Positions 37,829 through 47,415 of a DNA stretch of 64,000 nt are shown one piece after another. Below the pieces are notes generated by a model, which was given only the letters and a program-made list of their open reading frames with translations, had not been told where the DNA came from and ran no database searches. Every line of letters starts with the position of its first letter. The first letter of the stretch is position 1. Origin of the DNA: Anaerolineae bacterium. GTDB taxonomy: Bacteria > Chloroflexota > Anaerolineae > Aggregatilineales > Phototrophicaceae. The stretch lies in the NCBI GenBank assembly GCA_041753015.1, contig JBGSVJ010000003.1, positions 371-64,370 on the forward strand, given 5' to 3'. Made by a program: the position numbers and the translations under genes.

Positions 37829-38287
37829 TTACCCGCTGACCACCGCCAGCGCTTTTTCGACGCTGTCTTTCGGGCTGATCCCGATCTGCTCATCAATCAC
37901 GACGCCGTTTTCGTCGATCACCCAATGCGAGCGAATCGTTCCCACATACGTTTTACCGTACATCTTCTTTTCGCCAAACGCATTCCATGCCTCTAACACC
38001 TGATGCGATTCATCGCTCAACAGGTCATACGTCAGGCTCTCTTTTTCTTTCCATTTCAGGTTATCTTTCGGCGGGTCGTCGCTGATCCCCAACACAACCG
38101 CGTTCGCCGTCTGAATCTTCGGGAACGAGTCGCGGAAGCCGCACGCCTGAGTCGTGCAGCCACTCGTATTCGCGCGTGGATACGCGAACAGGATCACTTT
38201 TTTACCGCGAAAATCGCTCAGCTTGACCGGCTTGCCATCTTGATTGACCAGCTCAAAATCGGGTGCTTGTTCGCCAACACGGGGCAT
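37829..38287 (-). CDS. bcp: Peroxiredoxin Bcp
   Basis: YPRANTSGCTTQAC, RSHWVIDENG. Confidence 0.95.
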   Translation of the reverse strand: MPRVGEQAPDFELVNQDGKPVKLSDFRGKKVILFAYPRANTSGCTTQACGFRDSFPKIQTANAVVLGISDDPPKDNLKWKEKESLTYDLLSDESHQVLEAWNAFGEKKMYGKTYVGTIRSHWVIDENGVVIDEQIGISPKDSVEKALAVVSG

Positions 38288-38370
38288 AGGGGACTCCTTT
38301 TTGATCACTGCCCTTTAGCTTACGCCTCTTGTATGAGAATTGGTTTAGCCGTCGTGCTATACTCCGCTGC

Positions 38371-40260
38371 ATGGACACAAAACGACTTCGTATCGCACAA
38401 TCCTACGCGCTGATCCTGATCGGGTTGTTGTTCGGGGTGATCTATCTGAACACCCTGCAAACCATCCCCAACGGCTCGGATCATTACTATATGATCGACG
38501 TGGGCGAGACTCAGGTCGTCCTCAACATGTGGGGGACGCTCCACGCGACCGGCTATCCCCATTATGTGATCCTTTCCAGCGCGCTTGTCACAATCTTAAA
38601 GGTGTTCGGAATCAGCGCCGCCGCTGCGCCTGCTGTCACCTCGCTGATCTGGGGGATCGCCTCGCTGGGCCTGTTCTACCTACTGCTGATGCGAACAACA
38701 GAGTTGTTTTCCGCCATGATCGCCATGCTGCTGTTCGGCTTGACGCGCACCGTATGGATTCATCATGTGATCGCGGAGATTTACACCTTCGGGCTGCTGC
38801 TGTTGATCGCGCTGTACTGGCTGGCGCTGCGTTCCGATGCGCAAAAAGACAGCGTGAAAGCGATCTATTGGTTGGCGTTCATCGGTGGGATCGGCGTGGC
38901 ACATCACCGCGCGATTGCGATGGCGATCCCCGCGCTCCTGTACGCCGTCTATCCGATTTTGCGCGCACAGGGGCGAAAACTCCCGCGCGTGTTGATTATT
39001 TCGCTGCTGCTCGGTTTGATCGGCTTTGTGCCGTATCTGTATTTGATGCTGCGCGCTCAAGCAGGGGCGGCGTGGGTGTACGGCGAACCGGAGACATTCG
39101 CGGGCTTGTGGGATCAATTCATCGGGCGCGAGGCATCACGTTTTATCGGCGGCGTGAGTTCGCTCGACGGCTTGCTCGACAATTTCCGCATGGTGACCGA
39201 AGTCTTGCTCACCGATATGACTCCGGTCGGCGTGATCTTCGGCGTGATCGGGTTGTACTTAGGAGTGCGGCATCTCACCACCCGCCGCGCAGCGATCATG
39301 ATGATCCTCGGCGGCGGTGCGGCATACCTGTTTCATGTCGTCTTTTACACCGATATTCTCTCCGCGCTGATTTTAGCGGTTGAGGTCAGCCTTGCGGCGG
39401 GGTGGGCTTTCGGGATCACATGGGTGGGTGAAGCGCTGATCGCGCAGGTTGGTCGACTCAAGGTGAAGCCGCCTGAAGGTCAATATGTGCTGGCATGGCT
39501 GATGGCTATTTTTCTCGTCCCCGTGCTGGTTTCGCGCAATCAAGACTTTATTTACGCGCTGACGCATGATCAAACAGGCGTTGAAACGCGCGATACACTT
39601 CTCTACGCCCCGCCCGATTCGACGCTCATGATCGCGTGGGGTCCGCGCCACTTTGCCGCCGGATTCTGGCGCGATGTCGAAGGCATACGCCCCGATGTGA
39701 CGCTGATCGATCACAAGGCGGATTTTCAAGCCGCACTTGAAAACGGCGCGCTGGTCACGCCCGATTACACCTTCTATCAATTCCCGCTTGAGTGGTGGGA
39801 AGGTCAGTTAGGTGGGCGCGTATCGCTTAACGCTGCCGCGCCGCGCCTCATCGCGCTGTCCACCACACCACAGTCACTCGGCGGCGCACATTGGCCAGAT
39901 GGACTGCCGTTCCGTCGGGACGAGGCGCTGAGCTGCGATCAGTCCGCGCTCACGGTGACGTGGGGCGGGTTTGGCGTAAACAATCAGACGCGCGCCGGGG
40001 TCGAGCGTTACGATCTCAGCGTGTTTGTGCATCTGCTCGACGCGAACGGAAATATCATCGCACAGGCGGATCAAAGCGCGCCGGTTTACGGCTGGTATCC
40101 ATTCACGCGCTGGGCTTCTGACGAGCAGGTGACGGATATTTACCCGTTTGAGTCGCTTCAAGGCGGCGCATTGATCCGCTACGGGTTGTACACTCAAGCA
40201 CAGGATGGATCATTCGTGAATGTGCGAGAATACGAAATTCCGGTGGAGTGTGAGCGATGA
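38371..40260 (+). CDS. DUF2723-like GT-C membrane glycosyltransferase
   Basis: HATGYP, AEIYT, AHHR motifs; multi-TM; C-terminal VFVHLLD...QAD domain; ATG 7 nt after TGcTATACT (possibly leaderless). Confidence 0.8.
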   Translation: MDTKRLRIAQSYALILIGLLFGVIYLNTLQTIPNGSDHYYMIDVGETQVVLNMWGTLHATGYPHYVILSSALVTILKVFGISAAAAPAVTSLIWGIASLGLFYLLLMRTTELFSAMIAMLLFGLTRTVWIHHVIAEIYTFGLLLLIALYWLALRSDAQKDSVKAIYWLAFIGGIGVAHHRAIAMAIPALLYAVYPILRAQGRKLPRVLIISLLLGLIGFVPYLYLMLRAQAGAAWVYGEPETFAGLWDQFIGREASRFIGGVSSLDGLLDNFRMVTEVLLTDMTPVGVIFGVIGLYLGVRHLTTRRAAIMMILGGGAAYLFHVVFYTDILSALILAVEVSLAAGWAFGITWVGEALIAQVGRLKVKPPEGQYVLAWLMAIFLVPVLVSRNQDFIYALTHDQTGVETRDTLLYAPPDSTLMIAWGPRHFAAGFWRDVEGIRPDVTLIDHKADFQAALENGALVTPDYTFYQFPLEWWEGQLGGRVSLNAAAPRLIALSTTPQSLGGAHWPDGLPFRRDEALSCDQSALTVTWGGFGVNNQTRAGVERYDLSVFVHLLDANGNIIAQADQSAPVYGWYPFTRWASDEQVTDIYPFESLQGGALIRYGLYTQAQDGSFVNVREYEIPVECER

Positions 40261-41108
40261 AAACGACACGACTCATGATGGCGGCGCTGATTCTGCTCAT
40301 CACGGCGGCATGTGCGCCTGATGTGCTGCCCGTGCCGACGGCGATTCCGACTTTGCCGCCGGATCAGATCATCCGGCAGATTGCGACGGTGAATGTACCG
40401 CCCACGCTCGATCCGGCTCTGATTGCCGCAACGCGCCGCGCCGAAATGCCGACCGCGACGATTATTCCAACGCGCACACTCACACCAACCGCCTACGTTG
40501 GCGTGTTTATCGGCGGCGGGGGAGCGGGCAGCGACGGCATGCCGGTCATGGATGCGGCGCAGTACGCCGGGACGCTCTCCGCGTCGTCACCGCTCGAATT
40601 CCCGACCTTGGGATCGCCGTGTATTATCGCGCCCGATGCGTTGTACGGCGGCGAGTGGAGCGCGATCAGTTCGGAGATCGGCTGTCCGGGTGAACCGATT
40701 ACGTCCTACGTCAGCCGGACGATGATCTTTGAAAATGGGGTGATGTACGCGCTCCCGACGGGCGAAATCTACGCCATCGCTCCCGGCGGCGTCACGGAAG
40801 GGCGCTATTGGTATGCGCCCGCTGCACCGCCTGAACAGGGCTGGGAGATTCTGCCACCGCCCGGTTTGCTGCCGCCGACAGGGATTTTTGGTGCGATGTG
40901 GCGCGCCGTCGAAGCGGTGCGGCAGACGCTCGGTTATGCGCAAACAGGCGAACAGTCGGTCACGGTGTCGATCCAGCGGTTTGAGCGCGGCGCGCTCCTG
41001 CTCGATGGCAGTGCGGGGCAGGTGTTCGCCGTGATTGGCACAACGGGCGGGCAGATCGGCGGCGGTTCGGCGTTTGGTCCGTATATCAGCGGTTTGGAAA
41101 ACCCGTAG
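40257..41108 (+). CDS. Lipoprotein with LGFP-like C-terminal region
   Basis: Lipobox TAAC, Pro/Thr linker, IGCP, FENG, FGAMW, QRFERG. Confidence 0.7.
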   Translation: MKTTRLMMAALILLITAACAPDVLPVPTAIPTLPPDQIIRQIATVNVPPTLDPALIAATRRAEMPTATIIPTRTLTPTAYVGVFIGGGGAGSDGMPVMDAAQYAGTLSASSPLEFPTLGSPCIIAPDALYGGEWSAISSEIGCPGEPITSYVSRTMIFENGVMYALPTGEIYAIAPGGVTEGRYWYAPAAPPEQGWEILPPPGLLPPTGIFGAMWRAVEAVRQTLGYAQTGEQSVTVSIQRFERGALLLDGSAGQVFAVIGTTGGQIGGGSAFGPYISGLENP

Positions 41109-41128
41109 GGACAGGGCATGCCCTGTCC
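41105..41128 (+). repeat. Single GTAG REP (family A); supplies the TAG stop
   Basis: gtagggacagggcatgccctgtcc, identical to the 37305 copy. Confidence 0.85.
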
Positions 41129-41129
41129 T

Positions 41130-41900
41130 TTAGATGATTTCGCAATATGCCAGAATCCGCGCTTTGATGCCCGGATTTACATCGAAATTTGCATCCAACC
41201 ACGCGAGAATCGCCCGCGCCGATTCGCGGTTTTTCCCGTAACCTTGAATGAACATATCCAGATGTGATGCTGTGACCGGATAGCGCGATTCGAAGCGGCG
41301 CGCGGTCATGAATACGTCAGCGGGAACGGCGGCGATGGGTGTTTCGATGGTGCGGGCAAGCTCTAAAAGGCGATCCACCGCGAAATGCTGAATAAACCGC
41401 TGCGCTGAAAGCACCTCACCGCGATGATGCCGCTGCAAGCCCACGTAGAGATTCGTCAGCGCTTCGCCAAGCTGCCACTCCCGGTCGATGACCGGATCAG
41501 TTGGGATCGGCGGGGGCGTCAGCACTGATGCGTCAAAATCCGCCGCGCTCCAGATGATTTTCCCCGCGCTGAACGGAATATTCACCAGTTCTTGCGGCTC
41601 AAACACCGCGAATTCGCAGAAAACATCATCTTCGTACAGGAGTTTGTATCCATCGCGTGTGTTGCGGAAATAAAACGCAGCCGGATGAATATCCGTCAGC
41701 CAGTCGAGGTTATCGATAAAGCGCATTTTCATGCCGGGGGCGACGATGGCGAAAAAGTCGAGATCGGAATAATCGTCGAGGCGTTCACGCTCAACGCCGA
41801 CCGACCCAAGACCGAGCAGTGCCAGCCCGTGACCGCTCTGAGCAAGCTGCCGCCCGATTGCGTCCAGACGGTCGAGCAGTTTTTCGGTATGCGTGGACAT
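41130..41900 (-). CDS. Pol-beta-like nucleotidyltransferase (AadK/LinB-like)
   Basis: LGS ... DDYSDLDF signature. Confidence 0.7.
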   Translation of the reverse strand: MSTHTEKLLDRLDAIGRQLAQSGHGLALLGLGSVGVERERLDDYSDLDFFAIVAPGMKMRFIDNLDWLTDIHPAAFYFRNTRDGYKLLYEDDVFCEFAVFEPQELVNIPFSAGKIIWSAADFDASVLTPPPIPTDPVIDREWQLGEALTNLYVGLQRHHRGEVLSAQRFIQHFAVDRLLELARTIETPIAAVPADVFMTARRFESRYPVTASHLDMFIQGYGKNRESARAILAWLDANFDVNPGIKARILAYCEII

Positions 41901-41901
41901 C

Positions 41902-42132
41902 TTAAATATCCAGTTTGCTTTCGTAGAGGGTGCGATGTTTGATCGACTCACCAAAGATCGAAACGCCTGCGTTCAGGACGATCAGTCCGAACGTGCCGAG
42001 GATGATCCACACGAGCGCCGGTTTCCGCTTGCCTTTCAGGATCGCCGCCTGACCGATGATCGAAACGCCCGTCCCAATGAGCAGCAAGCCGCGCGGCGCG
42101 AGTTCACTCCACTTTTGATAATGCTGATCCAT
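41902..42132 (-). CDS. Small two-TM membrane protein
   Basis: Two hydrophobic helices, tightly coupled to the downstream gene. Confidence 0.65.
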   Translation of the reverse strand: MDQHYQKWSELAPRGLLLIGTGVSIIGQAAILKGKRKPALVWIILGTFGLIVLNAGVSIFGESIKHRTLYESKLDI

Positions 42133-42249
42133 ACGCTGCGTACCTTTTCCCTCAAACCCATTTTTTCTTAGGCTGAGTATTGTAGCGAATCTCGGTCAAG
42201 CGAGAAAGATTTGCAGGAGAGCAAAGTAGGGCAAACACATCAAAAGCTC

Positions 42250-43767
42250 CTACCCTTCGTTCGCAAAATCCGCCCATGCGCGGAGCGCGCGAAGCTGCGG
42301 CGTCTTTTTGCTCTGGTGCGACTGCATGCGCTTGAGCAGGTCATCTAAAATCGTCACGGCGTCGGTGACGAACGCGCCCTTATTGAGCATCACGCATTCG
42401 GCGCGCACGCTCATCGCCGCGTCGGTCATCTCACCCCGGCTCGGCACCCCTTCCTTGACGAACCGCTCCAAGACTTGGGTCGCCCAGATCACCGGAACAT
42501 GCGCCGCTTCGCACACCCACAGAATCTCCTCCTGCATTTCGGCGGTGCGCTCATAGCCAACTTCAATCGCAAGGTCGCCGCGTGCGATCATCACACCGAA
42601 TGGGTTTTGACTCGCGCCCGCCGCAATCAACGCGGGTAGGTTGCTGATTGCGCGCGGTGTCTCAACTTTGGCGATAATGCCGACTTTGTTCGGTTCAGGT
42701 GTGCGGCTCATGAGTTCCTGCTGAAGCAGGTAAATATCATCCGCTTCTTGCACAAACGAGTAGCCGATCATATCGGCGCGCGTGGCGACGATATCGAGCG
42801 CGTCAAGGTCTTCATCAGTGAGCGGGCTGAGAGTCAGATACGTATCGGGAAAGTTCAGCCCTTTTTCCAGTTTGATCTTGTCACCGTCCGGTCGAGCGTG
42901 CGTGATGCGCAGCACGATCCCGCCCTCAACGCGCCGATCAACAATTGCGCCGAGCTTGCCATCATCGATCCAGACGCGATGCCCGACACTGAGTTGATCG
43001 ATCACTTCGGGGATTGTGCAGCGCGACGCGGCGGCGTATTGCTTCGCTTCGTCTTTGTCCGGCGCGGCTTTGGTGAGCAGGACCTCTTCGCCTTTTTTGA
43101 TCGCCTTTTTGCCACCGATCACATCGGCGGTGCGCGGCTTCGGTCCGCCGAGGTCCGTCAGGACTTTGACGGTGCGGCGAGTTTCGGTCGCGGCTTTGCG
43201 CACATGCTGGATCATCCGATCCCATACGTCCGGGGTGTCATGCGCGCAGTTGATCCGCGCCACATCCATCCCGCGCAGCGCGAGATCACGAATGAAGTAA
43301 TAATCGTCGGCGGCTTCACTGGGGAGCGTGACCATAATCCGAACGCGGCGGTCGGATTTCTGCATCATTTCCCCGAACAACTCATCGGTGTTGTGGCGTA
43401 AAATGCGTTCGCCCCGGAAGAATGTTGTCAGGCGCGGATACCTCGGAAGTTGCCCCGTGCCATTCGCCAATGCGTCAAGCGTAACGATGACCGAATCGAG
43501 CGCGGGCATCACGCGCGATTCCAGCCGCCCCAATGACGATAAGCCGTAGGGCATCAATCCGGTTTGCATAGCGCGCAAGTCACGGGTGCGAAGTGCCAAA
43601 TAATGCGCGAGATTCAACGCGCCAATTTGAAATGGACGGCGGCGGATGCGCGGTTGCCATTTGGCGTACATGGCGCTGCCTTCCGCATCAACCGCGCGGC
43701 GGAGAGCTTTCATATCTTCCAGCAGGGTTGACACCGATGATGTCGGAGGGAGTCGCCGCTTAACCAT
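42250..43767 (-). CDS. pyk: Pyruvate kinase (N-terminally extended variant lacking the C domain)
   Basis: ARINCAH, DLGGPKPR, IAKVE, MIARGDLAIE, WATQVLE, ECVMLNKG. Confidence 0.9.
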   Translation of the reverse strand: MVKRRLPPTSSVSTLLEDMKALRRAVDAEGSAMYAKWQPRIRRRPFQIGALNLAHYLALRTRDLRAMQTGLMPYGLSSLGRLESRVMPALDSVIVTLDALANGTGQLPRYPRLTTFFRGERILRHNTDELFGEMMQKSDRRVRIMVTLPSEAADDYYFIRDLALRGMDVARINCAHDTPDVWDRMIQHVRKAATETRRTVKVLTDLGGPKPRTADVIGGKKAIKKGEEVLLTKAAPDKDEAKQYAAASRCTIPEVIDQLSVGHRVWIDDGKLGAIVDRRVEGGIVLRITHARPDGDKIKLEKGLNFPDTYLTLSPLTDEDLDALDIVATRADMIGYSFVQEADDIYLLQQELMSRTPEPNKVGIIAKVETPRAISNLPALIAAGASQNPFGVMIARGDLAIEVGYERTAEMQEEILWVCEAAHVPVIWATQVLERFVKEGVPSRGEMTDAAMSVRAECVMLNKGAFVTDAVTILDDLLKRMQSHQSKKTPQLRALRAWADFANEG

Positions 43768-43890
43768 GAGGATGCTTTCCTTCACTTCACAACCCGCGTC
43801 TGTGTCTGCGGGACTGCTGACTGGAGCATGATTTTAGTGTGAAGTCGGGGGAAGGGCAAAACCGGAATTAATCGCAGCGTGGGTGATTCT

Positions 43891-43967
43891 GTAAGGACAG
43901 GGCATGCCCTGTCCTCTTGAACGAATGTCGGAATCGAGGAGGAGGACGAGGCATGCCTCGTCCCTAC
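43891..43967. repeat. REPIN-like REP pair (family A)
   Basis: gtaaggacagggcatgccctgtcctcttga - spacer - ggacgaggcatgcctcgtccctac. Confidence 0.88.
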
Positions 43968-45371
43968 TTACCCCTTCACGCCGCGTTTTTCGCGGATCAC
44001 CTGAAGCATGTCATCAATGCGGCTGAATTTGACACGCGGGCGACCCTGCTCCGCGCCGCGTGCGACTTCTGCCGCGTCGAGCGTCAGCCAATCTTCATAC
44101 GTCGTGTACTCGACGCCGCGTGCTGCCAACAGCGCCGGGATCGCGTCCGGGCTGGTATTGATCGGCGTGAGCGTCTTGCCGTCGCGCATATCCGCGAGGG
44201 CGCTTTCAACCGTTTCAACCGAATCGGGGCGGTTCGTGCCGATGATGCCGCTCGGTCCGCGCTTGATCCAGCCAGCCACGTATTCGCCCGCAATCACGCA
44301 CTGCTGCGCATCGACGACGCGCCCTTTTTGGTTCGGGATCACGCCGCCTTTGGCGTCAAACGGGACATCCGGCAGTGCGACACCCTTGTAACCAATCGAT
44401 CGGAAAATTAGTCCGCATGGGAGCGTTTCGGTTTGATCGGTCGCCTTCGGGCGGAGCGATCCGTCATCGCTTTGAGTCAGGACATTTTTCACCAGCGTGA
44501 CCGCTTCGACGCGCTCCGTACCGATCAACTCGGTCGGGCTGGCGAGGAAACGGAAGATCACGCGCTTTTTCTTGCCGCTCGGCTGCTGCTGTGCGTACTG
44601 CTGAAGCACTTCGACGTTCACACGCGCCGATTTTTCAGCACTGGCGAGTGCGGCTTCGCTGAGGGGATCAAGCCGCGCTTCTTCCGGCGGCACGATCACA
44701 TCGCATTCTTCCAACTCGCCCAGTTCTTTGATCTCCGGGTTGGTGAATGCCGCCTGAAGCGGACCACGCCGCCCGACGACGTAAATCTCACGAATACTGC
44801 TGTTCTTGAGCGCTTCGAGCGCATAATCCGCGATGTCGGTTTTCACCAATTCATCGTAGCTGCTTGCCAGAATGCGCGCCACATCCATCGCCACATTCCC
44901 GTTGCCGATCACGACGGCGCGTTCTTGCGTCAGGTCAAACTGGAGATCGCGGTAATCAGGATGCGCGTTATACCAGCCGACGAACTCCGTAGCCGCATGA
45001 CTTCCGGCTAGATTTTCATTGGGAACGCCCATCGCGCGGTCGGTTTGCGCGCCCGTCGCGTACACGATCTGATGATAATGTGCGGCGAGATCGGTATGTG
45101 TGATCGCCTTGCCCAATTCAACCGTGCCGAAGAAACGGAAACGTGGATTCGCCGCGATTTTGTCGTACTGCTTGGTGACAGTCTTGATCTTCGCATGATC
45201 AGGGGCAACACCACCACGTACCAACCCGTAAGGCGTCGGAAGCCGGTCGAACATATCGACGGTGATCACGAATTCCGTTTGTTTGAGATAGAAATCAGCG
45301 GCGTAAAAACCCGAAGGTCCTGAGCCAATTACAGCGACACGTAAGGGATTTGCCGCGCTGCCAAGAATCAT
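43968..45371 (-). CDS. Ferredoxin-NADP+ reductase (FprA/adrenodoxin reductase type)
   Basis: GSGPSG, GLVRGGVAPDH, GNGNVAMD, GWIKRGPSGIIG. Confidence 0.93.
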   Translation of the reverse strand: MILGSAANPLRVAVIGSGPSGFYAADFYLKQTEFVITVDMFDRLPTPYGLVRGGVAPDHAKIKTVTKQYDKIAANPRFRFFGTVELGKAITHTDLAAHYHQIVYATGAQTDRAMGVPNENLAGSHAATEFVGWYNAHPDYRDLQFDLTQERAVVIGNGNVAMDVARILASSYDELVKTDIADYALEALKNSSIREIYVVGRRGPLQAAFTNPEIKELGELEECDVIVPPEEARLDPLSEAALASAEKSARVNVEVLQQYAQQQPSGKKKRVIFRFLASPTELIGTERVEAVTLVKNVLTQSDDGSLRPKATDQTETLPCGLIFRSIGYKGVALPDVPFDAKGGVIPNQKGRVVDAQQCVIAGEYVAGWIKRGPSGIIGTNRPDSVETVESALADMRDGKTLTPINTSPDAIPALLAARGVEYTTYEDWLTLDAAEVARGAEQGRPRVKFSRIDDMLQVIREKRGVKG

Positions 45372-45393
45372 TGCTGTTCCCCAATCTCCTGTA

Positions 45394-45411
45394 TTGCGAA
45401 CTGTTTCACAA
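45394..45411. promoter_or_regulatory. Putative Rex operator
   Basis: TTGCGAA-CTGT-TTCACAA, one mismatch to TTGTGAA-N4-TTCACAA, between a minus-strand TATACT and the reductase start. Confidence 0.6.
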
Positions 45412-45427
45412 GTAAGTATAGACGCTG

Positions 45428-46654
45428 CTATCCGCGCAGTGGTATGACAAGTTCCTTGTGAAAGTCAGTTAAGGAGATCAGTTCCCCAGAATCCGTGACA
45501 ATCAGCGTGTCTTCGATGCGAATTCCATAGCCTGCATCCGGGTAATACAAGCCGGGTTCGATTGTGATCACGTTGCCCGCTTGCAGCGTGTCTTTGCTCA
45601 AGTGACCGATCCCCGGCTTCTCGTGGATTTCTAAGCCCAAGCCATGCCCCAAGCTGTGAACATAGCCAACCGTCGTCCCCGGTTTGCTGCGCGTGGTCGG
45701 ATGCCCGTGCGCTTCAAAATAATCCTGTACCGCTTCTTGCATCGCTTTGGCGGGCATGTTCGGGCGGAAGTTATCGACCGCGACCTCGTAAGCATTCATC
45801 ACCAGATCATACGCGGCTTGCACTTCCGGCTTGGCGTAGCTGATCGACCATGTGCGCGTGCAGTCGTGGTGATACCCGCCGCCGATCTCGCGCGGGAACA
45901 GGTCAAACACAATCGCTTCGCCCGTATTCAGGACGGTTTCGTTTTCGCCCCGGCTGTGCGGAAATCCGGCATCGCGCCCCTGTGCGAAGATCATATCGGT
46001 GTCTTCGAGATCGTGATCGAGCAGGGCGCGCCGTACAAAGCGCTTGACCGCGCCAATCGTGAGCGGCGTCCCGTCGGTATCCACCACGTGGTCGCCGTCA
46101 GCGCGGTGCGAGGTGATGTATTCCCATGTCATTCCCAACACTTGGCTGGTGCGCGCCGCAACCGAACGCAGACGCATGATTTCGTCCGCGTCTTTGGTTT
46201 GGAAGGCTTCATCAAAAATGGTCATGCCGTCTTCACCGACGAATTGATACTGCGGATTTGCTTCGCTCACGCGCTTGATCAATTCAAGGTAGCGGTGGAT
46301 CGCGCCTTCGCCATACACGCCAATTCTGCCTGCTGGTACATTCAAGCGCTCCAGCACGCGCCCGAAAAAGAGCGCTCCCGCTTTGGCGGCATCCCCGTCC
46401 ACTTCGGTGATCAATTCGGCATAACCGAGATCGTACATCGAAAAGACGGCTAACCCACTGCGGGCGGCTTCTTCGGTTTCCATCGCGTTGACGATCATCA
46501 CAGGCGCTGCGCCGCGTTTTTTGACCACCATCCCGCCTGTGACGTGCGCGCCGTTGGTCAAATATGAGCGGATCACGTTGACGTGTCCTTCGCCAACGAC
46601 GATCAGTGCCTCTAAACCGCGCGCTTCCATCAATCGATCAAGGTCTTGTTTCAT
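45428..46654 (-). CDS. Xaa-Pro aminopeptidase (M24B)
   Basis: DCTRT, HSLGHGLGLEIHE, TIEPGLY, GIRIED. Confidence 0.95.
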   Translation of the reverse strand: MKQDLDRLMEARGLEALIVVGEGHVNVIRSYLTNGAHVTGGMVVKKRGAAPVMIVNAMETEEAARSGLAVFSMYDLGYAELITEVDGDAAKAGALFFGRVLERLNVPAGRIGVYGEGAIHRYLELIKRVSEANPQYQFVGEDGMTIFDEAFQTKDADEIMRLRSVAARTSQVLGMTWEYITSHRADGDHVVDTDGTPLTIGAVKRFVRRALLDHDLEDTDMIFAQGRDAGFPHSRGENETVLNTGEAIVFDLFPREIGGGYHHDCTRTWSISYAKPEVQAAYDLVMNAYEVAVDNFRPNMPAKAMQEAVQDYFEAHGHPTTRSKPGTTVGYVHSLGHGLGLEIHEKPGIGHLSKDTLQAGNVITIEPGLYYPDAGYGIRIEDTLIVTDSGELISLTDFHKELVIPLRG

Positions 46655-46714
46655 CAGAACATGTGCGGCGCTGATCCCCTATGCTTTGGTGGATCAGCAC
46701 CTCTCCTTTCGCTT

Positions 46715-47386
46715 CTACTTGACTAATCGTTCATGATACGTTTTCGATTTATGGTGACGCCCGGCGGCGCGGTAGCGCCACTGCACCGCCTGAAAATCCG
46801 CATCACGGAGCAGTTTCCAAATCGGTTCGCGGGTATCCGGCGCGATGTTCACCGCATCCGGCGTCAGTGGGTAATACTCGGTGAGTCCTTCAAGACGGGC
46901 ATAAAAGTAATGCTGTTGAGTGGGTGATTTGCGCAGCGCCTTCGGCAAACGGATCAGAAGTTGTTCTGATTCATCGATGGCGCGGATCGGTGCGGCATTT
47001 GCTGGGAGCGCCGTTTCGATCACGAGCTTTTTTTCGTGCGTGGCGCGCAGATGTTTGGGATCGACGGTTGTTTTTCCCGTGTAGTACGGCGTTCGAAAAA
47101 ATACACGCTCCACAAAGGCGAAATACGGAAGCGCATTGTAGGCGTGCGCGAGGAAAAACTCCTTGTCGTCAAGCTGAATCGACACCGATAGTTCTTGAAA
47201 GTGCATTCCATAAAAGCGGGAGTCAACCGCGCTGATCACAACAGCGGTGCGATCTTGTGCATGGCGAATCTCCTGTTCCTCCGCTTTCAGATACGGGAGC
47301 AGCGGAGCGCGCTCCGCTGTGCCGATCACGGTGACTTCAAGGACGGGGGCGATAGTGGTGACGAACTGAATCGGCTTTGCTGTCAT
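46715..47386 (-). CDS. Hypothetical protein (possibly acetoacetate decarboxylase-like barrel)
   Basis: Operonic ORF with coding-like composition; family uncertain. Confidence 0.55.
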   Translation of the reverse strand: MTAKPIQFVTTIAPVLEVTVIGTAERAPLLPYLKAEEQEIRHAQDRTAVVISAVDSRFYGMHFQELSVSIQLDDKEFFLAHAYNALPYFAFVERVFFRTPYYTGKTTVDPKHLRATHEKKLVIETALPANAAPIRAIDESEQLLIRLPKALRKSPTQQHYFYARLEGLTEYYPLTPDAVNIAPDTREPIWKLLRDADFQAVQWRYRAAGRHHKSKTYHERLVK

Positions 47387-47415
47387 GATCGATCCTTACG
47401 TGCACGCCGCAAATA

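Noticed and set aside
41130-42132. Nucleotidyltransferase plus small ORF as a toxin-antitoxin or resistance locus
   Set aside because: The partner is a two-TM peptide rather than a HEPN or AbiE-type protein, and substrate cannot be inferred from sequence
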